Virus record (IMG/VR): IMGVR_UViG_3300029578_000018
Direction: 5' to 3' (one strand)
From: a virus
Length of the DNA: 46,551 nucleotides
Positions 41,432 to 46,551 of the stretch are shown piece by piece. The position numbers and the translations under genes are program-made. The notes under the pieces are model-generated. The model had not been told where the DNA came from. It ran no database searches and worked only from the letters and a program-made list of their open reading frames with translations. Position 1 is the stretch's first letter. Each line of letters begins with the position of its first letter.

Positions 41432-41445
41432 CTCACAAATGTGAG
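41432..41445. promoter_or_regulatory. Operator candidate: perfect palindrome CTCACA-AA-TGTGAG
   Basis: It abuts the -35 of the 41455 promoter. The half-site TCTCACA recurs at 41601, 41610 and 41626. Confidence 0.5.
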
Positions 41446-41454
41446 ACTTCATAC

Positions 41455-41483
41455 TTGACACGCCGCCCAAACCGCGTTACAAT
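41455..41483 (+). promoter_or_regulatory. Promoter TTGACA-17-TACAAT reading toward the repressor gene
   Basis: Hexamers and spacing read directly. Confidence 0.55.
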
Positions 41484-41563
41484 GACTCTGCCAAAAGAAA
41501 TTGTTAAAGCCGCTGTTATGGGGGGCTGGTGTTTTTGTACTCTTTTTTCTGGGGCTTGCCTAT

Positions 41564-41592
41564 ATGATACCTCAGGAATCTCATTTTGTAAA
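41564..41592 (-). promoter_or_regulatory. Promoter TTTACA-17-TATCAT reading toward cro
   Basis: Read on the minus strand. It lies to the right of the plus-strand promoter, so the two 5' ends would overlap. Confidence 0.4.
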
Positions 41593-41632
41593 GTACAAAA
41601 TCTCACATTTCTCACTTTTGGAGAATCTCACA
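41579..41632 (+). promoter_or_regulatory. Four direct TCTCA(C/T)(A) half-sites (operator candidates)
   Basis: Copies at 41579, 41601, 41610 and 41626. Confidence 0.4.
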
Positions 41633-41652
41633 ATTTTCAGGAGTGTAATTTT

Positions 41653-42000
41653 ATGTTCTGGTCAGTCTTTGTTGGCCTGTGCGCAAAACGAGAGGTATCA
41701 CCAAATGCCGTGGCAAAAGCGCTTGGGCTGTCGTCTGGGTCGGTAACGCTGTGGAAAAATGGAGCGGTGCCAAGGTCAACGACGATAAGGAAAATCGCAG
41801 ATTATTTCGGCGTATCTCCGGAGTCGTTCCTTGCAGAAGCCGATGATCTGGCCATAAAAAAAGAGCGTCCCGCCGATGGCGAGACGCTGACGATGGAAGA
41901 TTGGGAAAAACAGGTTGAACAGTGGACAGATGGCCAAATTTTGGAAGCAATGCAGAAACTTGTGGAAATACAGCAGAGGAGGCGCAACAGTGGACGTTGA
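41653..42000 (+). CDS. CI-like XRE-family repressor (115 aa)
   Basis: EVSPNAVAKALGLSSGSVTLWKNGAVPRSTTIRKIADYFGVS is an HTH_3 pattern. AGGAG lies 9 nt upstream of ATG 41653. Confidence 0.75.
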   Translation: MFWSVFVGLCAKREVSPNAVAKALGLSSGSVTLWKNGAVPRSTTIRKIADYFGVSPESFLAEADDLAIKKERPADGETLTMEDWEKQVEQWTDGQILEAMQKLVEIQQRRRNSGR

Positions 42001-42274
42001 GCTGACAAGGAGTGCAAAAAAGGCGCTGGCAGCTCTCTACACGCATTACTGCCAGCGCCAAGCATACGGGCAGTCGAAGCAAAACTCCACATTCTTCATG
42101 CCGATTCCAGAAGCAATAAAGGATGGATTACAGGAGATTTGCGCTGCCGGATATGCCGAGTATTCGCCTTTTGGTGGTGTTATCCTAATGGATGCGGGCA
42201 TCGCCTACATGGATAAGCAAGACCCGGAAACTGTCCTCATGTGGGATTTACATGACGGACAGGTCATAACCTAA
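41990..42274 (+). CDS. Hypothetical protein (94 aa, GTG start), translationally coupled to the repressor
   Basis: AGAGGAGG lies 9 nt upstream of GTG 41990, which overlaps the repressor stop. Confidence 0.5.
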   Translation: MDVELTRSAKKALAALYTHYCQRQAYGQSKQNSTFFMPIPEAIKDGLQEICAAGYAEYSPFGGVILMDAGIAYMDKQDPETVLMWDLHDGQVIT

Positions 42275-42472
42275 CTTGTTTTTCACAAATGCGGCAAAGT
42301 CACTGGCTTTGTACAGGTTAGGTGTAAGCAGGGCATTAGACACACTGAGCCGGACACCGCACATATCAGATTTGAAGTCAATCTTATCTCCGATAAGCGG
42401 TGTTCCATTTACGAGGACGAATGTCTTTTCTCCGTCAGATGCAATCAGGACTTTTGCGTTTGATAATTCCAT
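42248..42472 (-). CDS. Hypothetical protein (74 aa), convergent with the repressor operon
   Basis: AAGGAG lies 10 nt upstream of the ATG. It has a 27-nt 3' overlap with the 41990 ORF. Confidence 0.5.
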   Translation of the reverse strand: MELSNAKVLIASDGEKTFVLVNGTPLIGDKIDFKSDMCGVRLSVSNALLTPNLYKASDFAAFVKNKLGYDLSVM

Positions 42473-42924
42473 GTTTTTCTAACTCCTTCCATAATCGTCT
42501 TTGTTCTTCCTGTGTGAGTGTCTGGACGGCGGCTATGAATAGTTCTCGCTTGCTGCACTCGTCCATTTGTTCTATTATATCATACTTTTCGCAAAAACAC
42601 ACGATTTATTTCCCCCTCGTAAAAAAATATTTTCACCTATTCCCCCAAATAGGACAAATATTGCATACCGCGTTGCCCTATAATAGGCAACAAAGGGATA
42701 AATCTTGGGTTATGTTGGCCCCGCCGCCCCCGCACCGGGCGGCAGGGCCGATATAGCAGATAGCCCATCAGGCTGTCATCTGCTACGATTTAAGCATAGC
42801 AGTGCCGCGAAACCCTGTCCACATGCAATCCGGGGAACCGTGCGACCGATGTAGGGCGAATGGTCCCCGCATTTGAGATTCTGTCCCGCCACAGGTGAAA
42901 TCTACTTTATGGAGGCGAATAACT

Positions 42925-43497
42925 ATGTCTGCGTTGCAGGAAATTGCGGAAAACATTGAGCAATACCCAAAAAAGATTCGCGAGGCAAAGGAAAAGAAAA
43001 GGTACACCATCAACGACATCGTGGATCTGTCCGGCGTGTCAAAGTCCGCCGTGTCAAAGCTCCTGGACGGATCACAAATGGACCCGAAGCTCTACAACTC
43101 GGTCGCCATGTGCATGGTGCTGGATCTGTCGCTTGACGAACTGTTCGGGTTGGACAAGCCTATAGATCACCCGGAATCTATGCAGGCCAGGATACATCAA
43201 CTGGAGCTGGAAAACGCGCATTTGTCCGGTAACGTAAAAAGGCTGGAAGAAGTAAACGCCATACAGAAGGACCAAATGCGCACTCGCAAGCCGGTCATCT
43301 TCGTCCTGCTTGGTATGTGCGCCGTGTTGGCCATGTGCCTGGTGGCGTACCTGTTTATTGACTCGCAAATCACGGCCCAAGGGCTTATCCGCAACGGACA
43401 GCCCACCGCCGTGGCGTGGTTTGTTATTGTCATAGCAGCCACTGCGGTGATAGCCTCTACGGTCATCATCTCTATGGCCCTGCGCAAAAAAGTGTGA
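42925..43497 (+). CDS. Membrane-anchored XRE-family HTH protein (HTH, coiled coil, two TM helices)
   Basis: YTINDIVDLSGVSKSAVSKLLDGS is an HTH. ELENAHLSGNVKRLEE is a coiled coil. VIFVLLGMCAVLAMCLVAYLF and AVAWFVIVIAATAVIASTVIISMAL are TM helices. GGAGG RBS. Confidence 0.7.
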   Translation: MSALQEIAENIEQYPKKIREAKEKKRYTINDIVDLSGVSKSAVSKLLDGSQMDPKLYNSVAMCMVLDLSLDELFGLDKPIDHPESMQARIHQLELENAHLSGNVKRLEEVNAIQKDQMRTRKPVIFVLLGMCAVLAMCLVAYLFIDSQITAQGLIRNGQPTAVAWFVIVIAATAVIASTVIISMALRKKV

Positions 43498-43524
43498 AAA
43501 AAGGCCGTCCCACATGGGGCGGCC
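43497..43524 (-). terminator. Minus-strand terminator between int and the lysogeny genes
   Basis: ggccgtccc/ggggcggcc stem with a T-run on the minus strand only. Confidence 0.4.
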
Positions 43525-43549
43525 ATGTCACAATATGAAGGAGGATACG

Positions 43550-44632
43550 ATGAACTGCGTTAAGTGCGGTGGAGTTTTGCCGGATGGTGCTCTGTTTTGC
43601 CCAGCATGCGGAAAGCGGCAATCCAAACAATCCCGCAGGGCCATCAAGAGGCCCAACGGATCCGGCACGGTTTATAAACTGCAAGGCCGAAGGAGCCGCC
43701 CGTGGGTAGCGGCAAAAAGTAAAGTGATTATAGGGTATTACCCCACGCGCAAAGACGCGCTGGAGGCTCTGGAACGCTTGGCAGGGAAGGATTTGACAGA
43801 GCGGTATAATATGACCTTCAGGGAAGTATTTGAAGCCTGGAAGGAGGAACATTATAAGGAAATAGGCCCCCGTGGGGTGGAGTCATATAACCGGGCTTTT
43901 GATGTGTTCCAGCCGCTCCACGATGCAAGATTCCGCAGTTTGCGGACAGCAGACTTTCAGGCGGTCATGGACAAATATGCGGATAAATCCCACAGCACAT
44001 GCAGCAAGTACAAGCAGCTTGTTACGCAGATGTCCGCATGGGCCATCCGGGAAGAAATTGCCACAACAAGCTTTGCAAAATTTATCCATCTGCCAGAAAA
44101 CGTGAAAAAAGAAAAGGAAATCTTTTCCGATTCGGACATTGAGAAACTGGAGAAAAACGGAAGCGACACCGCAAAAATTATCCTGATGCTAATTTACACG
44201 GGCATGAGAATCGGAGAGCTTTTCGGTCTCCCGCTGGCCGACTATCACGAAACCTACGTCATCGGGGGAGAAAAGACCGCCGCCGGGCGCAACCGGGCCA
44301 TCCCCATCAGGCCGGAGGGCCGGGCATACTTTGCATACTTTGCCGCCAGGGTGAAGGGTGCGCTTTTGCTGTCCGGCTATACCGGCCAACAGGTACCGGC
44401 AAATTTCCGTCGACGGGATTACTACCCGTTACTGGAAAAGCTCAAGATCGAGCGGAAAACCCCGCATGCCACACGGCACACCTACGCCAGCTGGGCCAGA
44501 AGATCAGGCATGGCCACGGAGATTTTACAAAAAATATTGGGCCACGCCGACTATTCCACAACGGCAAATATTTATGTCCACACAGATATTTCTGAGCTGA
44601 TTGCAGCTGTAGACACGGCTGGCAAAAAATAG
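43550..44632 (+). CDS. int: Tyrosine integrase with N-terminal zinc ribbon and AP2-like arm-binding domain
   Basis: CVKCGG...CPACG, RPNGSGTVYKL, and the catalytic TGMRIGEL / HATRHTYAS / LGHADYSTTANIYVH. AAGGAGGA RBS at ATG 43550. Confidence 0.9.
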   Translation: MNCVKCGGVLPDGALFCPACGKRQSKQSRRAIKRPNGSGTVYKLQGRRSRPWVAAKSKVIIGYYPTRKDALEALERLAGKDLTERYNMTFREVFEAWKEEHYKEIGPRGVESYNRAFDVFQPLHDARFRSLRTADFQAVMDKYADKSHSTCSKYKQLVTQMSAWAIREEIATTSFAKFIHLPENVKKEKEIFSDSDIEKLEKNGSDTAKIILMLIYTGMRIGELFGLPLADYHETYVIGGEKTAAGRNRAIPIRPEGRAYFAYFAARVKGALLLSGYTGQQVPANFRRRDYYPLLEKLKIERKTPHATRHTYASWARRSGMATEILQKILGHADYSTTANIYVHTDISELIAAVDTAGKK

Positions 44633-44635
44633 CGC

Positions 44636-44656
44636 GTTACTAACACGTTACTAACA
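44636..44656 (+). repeat. attP arm-type sites: 2 x GTTACTAACA (P arm)
   Basis: Copies at 44636..44645 and 44647..44656. Confidence 0.7.
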
Positions 44657-44707
44657 AAAAAAGCAGGCTATAGAATCGTGGAACTTTTTGGCGGTAAAAG
44701 CAAAGAA

Positions 44708-44739
44708 AAAGTCCCAGTTTTACATGAAACTGGGACTTT
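44708..44739. terminator. 13-bp-stem hairpin serving as terminator for int (+) and for the reconstituted tRNA (-)
   Basis: aaagtcccagttt / aaactgggacttt. The minus strand is followed by TTTTTCTTTGC. Confidence 0.7.
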
Positions 44740-44741
44740 CT

Positions 44742-44786
44742 TGGTGCGCGGTACAGGACTCGAACCTGTGACCCCATGCACGTCAA
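44742..44786 (-). other. attP core: 3' part of a tRNA gene (variable region, T arm, acceptor 3' strand, CCA)
   Basis: The reverse complement reads GGGTC-ACAGG-TTCGAGT-CCTGT-ACCGCGC-A-CCA. No matching 5' acceptor strand lies upstream. Confidence 0.75.
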
Positions 44787-44897
44787 TTATAGGCCAATAG
44801 CAAACAAACAGTATTGTGCGGCATTATGTGGGATTAAGCGGGGATGTGTGGATATTTTGACGCGATAAGTTGCAAAGTACCGCTTTGTCCCACGTCA

Positions 44898-44918
44898 GTT
44901 ACTAACAGGTTACTAACA
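44898..44918 (+). repeat. attP arm-type sites: 2 x GTTACTAACA (P' arm)
   Basis: Copies at 44898..44907 and 44909..44918, with the same 11-bp phasing as the P arm. Confidence 0.7.
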
Positions 44919-44920
44919 AA

Positions 44921-45397
44921 TTACACCGACGCAATTCCGTGGTAGTAGGCAGACAGCTTTTCTTTCGGGCCTTTCGCGTCCTTGTCAAACAGAAATGCCT
45001 TGGCCATATCAGCAAAGAACTCAGGCTTGTTTACGCCATACTTTGCCGCCACGGAGCAGTAGTCCGAATACATCATATTCATGGCTACGTTCCAGTCATC
45101 CTCGGTGATGTGCGCAAACACGACACCGGCGTTGGCCGCGAGGGGGGTGGTCTGCTGAACAGTCCAATGCCCGCCGGTGGTGCCGTCATCATTTTTCATG
45201 TCGGTATTCCATGCTTTAGCATCCTCTTTGGAAAAATCAGCGGATCCACACATACATTTACCGAGTTTATCGACCTGTTCCCAGCACTCCGCCATTCCTC
45301 GGACGGCAGCAGCAGAGCGTTCGGACACAGGCAGTTCCATGTACGCAGACAGTTCTTTTTCCAGTTTTTGCTTGTATTCTTTCAGGTTGTCCTTCAT
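44921..45397 (-). CDS. Hypothetical protein (158 aa)
   Basis: ORF with an NDDGTTGGHWTVQQT motif. It is the last gene before attP. Confidence 0.6.
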   Translation of the reverse strand: MKDNLKEYKQKLEKELSAYMELPVSERSAAAVRGMAECWEQVDKLGKCMCGSADFSKEDAKAWNTDMKNDDGTTGGHWTVQQTTPLAANAGVVFAHITEDDWNVAMNMMYSDYCSVAAKYGVNKPEFFADMAKAFLFDKDAKGPKEKLSAYYHGIASV

Positions 45398-45407
45398 GTT
45401 GCACCCC

Positions 45408-45806
45408 TTACAGCTTCTCGACGGTGACGGCCATGTTGTTTACAACTGCCGCAACGCCGCCCAGGACCAGGGACAGAATAGAGCTTTCACACCCGCAAGC
45501 ATTGCGGACGATGGCAGAAATGCCAATATTAACAGTGCCGTTGTCGGCGGCGGTCTGGGCCCCCGTCGCTCCGATAATCGGAACGCCGTCCTTTTGCGCG
45601 GTGATAGACACGGTTCCAGCCGCCGAGGGAGACAAGGTGCCGGAGACGTTGACGAGGTAATACCCCTGTCCGCACAGTGTAATGGCATTGCCGTCTTGCT
45701 TGATGTTGCAGCCGTACCGGCGGGTAGTATTCCCAACAGGGATGATGCCGTCAACCGGGACGGTTGCGCCGGTGGTGTTGGTGGTATAGATTGCAGATTT
45801 ACTCAT
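45408..45806 (-). CDS. BclA-C-terminal-domain-like (C1q/TNF-like jelly-roll) protein without collagen repeats
   Basis: The pattern GNAITLCGQGYYLVNVSGTL...ITAQKDGVPIIGA...LSLVL...AVTVEKL resembles exosporium BclA C-domains. The call rests on recollection only. Confidence 0.4.
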   Translation of the reverse strand: MSKSAIYTTNTTGATVPVDGIIPVGNTTRRYGCNIKQDGNAITLCGQGYYLVNVSGTLSPSAAGTVSITAQKDGVPIIGATGAQTAADNGTVNIGISAIVRNACGCESSILSLVLGGVAAVVNNMAVTVEKL

Positions 45807-45842
45807 AGAATCATTCCTTTCTAATCAGGCTGATTTTTGTCC

Positions 45843-45877
45843 ATTCAAAAATAGCGGGGCGACTAATGCCGCCCCGC
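45843..45877 (-). terminator. Intrinsic terminator after ORF 45922..46527
   Basis: gcggggcg/cgccccgc form an 8-bp stem. TATTTTTG follows on the minus strand. Confidence 0.6.
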
Positions 45878-45921
45878 ATGCCTCGCCGGATAGGGCGTCA
45901 CTTTATTCCGATTGCCGGAAA

Positions 45922-46527
45922 TCAGATGTTGTTGCAGCCGCTATTGCAGCCGCAAAACGGAGAGGGGCCCGCATTGTAGGTGTATCCGCTGGGATAACGC
46001 ACTACGCCGCACAGCTGGTCCCTGATAAACAGCTGATTGTTGGCCTGTTCCAGCTGGGCGATACGGCCCTCCAGCTGAGATTTCTCCAGGGCGGCAAACT
46101 TGGCGTCAATGTTGGCGTTGACGCTGTCAATAGCCCGCTGCGTGGTGCAGCAGCACTCCGACATCTGAGACTGGATGTTGTTTCCGGTCTGCATAATGGC
46201 CATGTTCGTACCGTTCTGCGCCAGGGCCATTTCTTTGCCCAACTGCCCGACATTGCCCTGCATTTCGTATCCCAAGTTGCAGATGCCGTTGCCCACGTTG
46301 GTCAGACGGTCATTCAGCTGGCCAAACTGCTGGCCGAAAAGGATTTCCTGTTGAGACGAAGCGGTGGCATACTGGCCAAATTCGCCTTGCCGGTTCATCC
46401 CCCAGCCTCCGCCCATAAAGACGAAAAGGAACAGGATGATAATCCACCACGCGCCGCCCCCCCCAATTGTCATTGCCGCCATCAACAGCGGCCCGAAGAT
46501 CAGAGAGGGAATAGTTGTCCATTTCAA
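45922..46527 (-). CDS. Membrane protein: two N-terminal TM helices, Q/N-rich coiled coil, Cys-rich C-terminus (201 aa)
   Basis: AAAGGAG RBS. The ORF crosses into the terminal repeat and contains a G8 tract (46457..46464). Confidence 0.7.
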   Translation of the reverse strand: MKWTTIPSLIFGPLLMAAMTIGGGGAWWIIILFLFVFMGGGWGMNRQGEFGQYATASSQQEILFGQQFGQLNDRLTNVGNGICNLGYEMQGNVGQLGKEMALAQNGTNMAIMQTGNNIQSQMSECCCTTQRAIDSVNANIDAKFAALEKSQLEGRIAQLEQANNQLFIRDQLCGVVRYPSGYTYNAGPSPFCGCNSGCNNI

Positions 46528-46551
46528 AACTCCTTTCTTGAAATTTTTATA
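46440..46551. repeat. Terminal direct repeat, copy 2 (identical to 1..112)
   Basis: Base-for-base identity. Confidence 0.95.

Larger units (their letters stand above)
1..46551. mobile_element. Complete temperate tailed-phage genome (siphovirus-like module order), circularly closed contig
   Basis: Packaging, head, tail, lysis, lysogeny and replication modules are all present. The two ends are identical over 112 bp. attP lies next to the integrase. Confidence 0.9.

Noticed and set aside
41158-41652. N-terminal 165-aa extension of the repressor ORF (track ORF 41158..42000)
   Set aside because: The extension is Arg/Ser/Cys-rich with no domain pattern. It runs through two predicted promoters and the operator motifs. 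A good AGGAG plus ATG lies at 41653, exactly where the HTH domain begins.
42800-42900. Resemblance to a c-di-AMP (ydaO-type) riboswitch (CGGGGAACC, GTAGGGCGAATGG, GGTGAAATC)
   Set aside because: It rests on vague recollection of short motifs. I cannot reconstruct the pseudo-two-fold helices, and the downstream gene (an HTH protein) is not a typical regulon member. The region is kept only as an unclassified structured leader.
44742-44786. A second tRNA gene
   Set aside because: Only the T arm, acceptor 3' strand and CCA are present. No complementary 5' acceptor strand (GCGCGGT) or D or anticodon arms can be found upstream, so it is an attP core fragment.

Overview
The window is one complete temperate tailed-phage genome with siphovirus-like module order. 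Bases 1-112 are identical to 46440-46551, so the contig closes on itself with a unit length of 46,439 bp. The host looks like a high-GC Firmicute, but that is inference only.

Minus strand, in transcription order:
- Early genes (40990 down to 25360): a Cro-like HTH, a DUF7666-like protein containing 16 near-perfect 27-bp repeats, a Sak/Rad52-type annealase plus YqaJ exonuclease, SSB, a replisome organiser with internal iterons, a DnaB-type helicase and RusA.
- Anti-restriction genes: an SNF2-helicase/N-methyltransferase fusion, a C5-methyltransferase and a Lar-like protein.
- A candidate late regulator, tRNA-Gln(UUG) and terS.
- A 3.9-kb accessory island, followed by terL.
- Structural genes: portal, scaffold, capsid, connectors, tail tube, G/GT chaperones, tape measure, Dit/Tal and three fibre proteins.
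- Lysis genes: holin and an amidase-SPOR endolysin.
- A six-gene accessory cluster that crosses the contig junction.

The plus strand carries the lysogeny module: an XRE repressor, a membrane-anchored XRE protein, a tyrosine integrase and attP built on a tRNA 3' fragment. It also carries a small operon inside the island.

Most notable observations:
1. terS and terL are split by a lower-GC cargo island. It holds a truncated-type serine recombinase, a membrane OB-fold protein, a consensus-promoter operon on the opposite strand, a 24-aa hydrophobic peptide and a very acidic protein.
2. The C5-methyltransferase has motifs IV-X ahead of I-III, which looks like a circular permutation.
3. A tail-fibre protein carries a CX5R tyrosine-phosphatase-like domain.
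4. A promoter-plus-terminator unit predicts a ~63-nt antisense sRNA beside cro.
5. An array of GCGACT repeats sits at the 3' end of terS.
6. The cI/cro intergenic region is 660 bp long and non-coding.

All family names come from motif recognition by eye; no searches were run.
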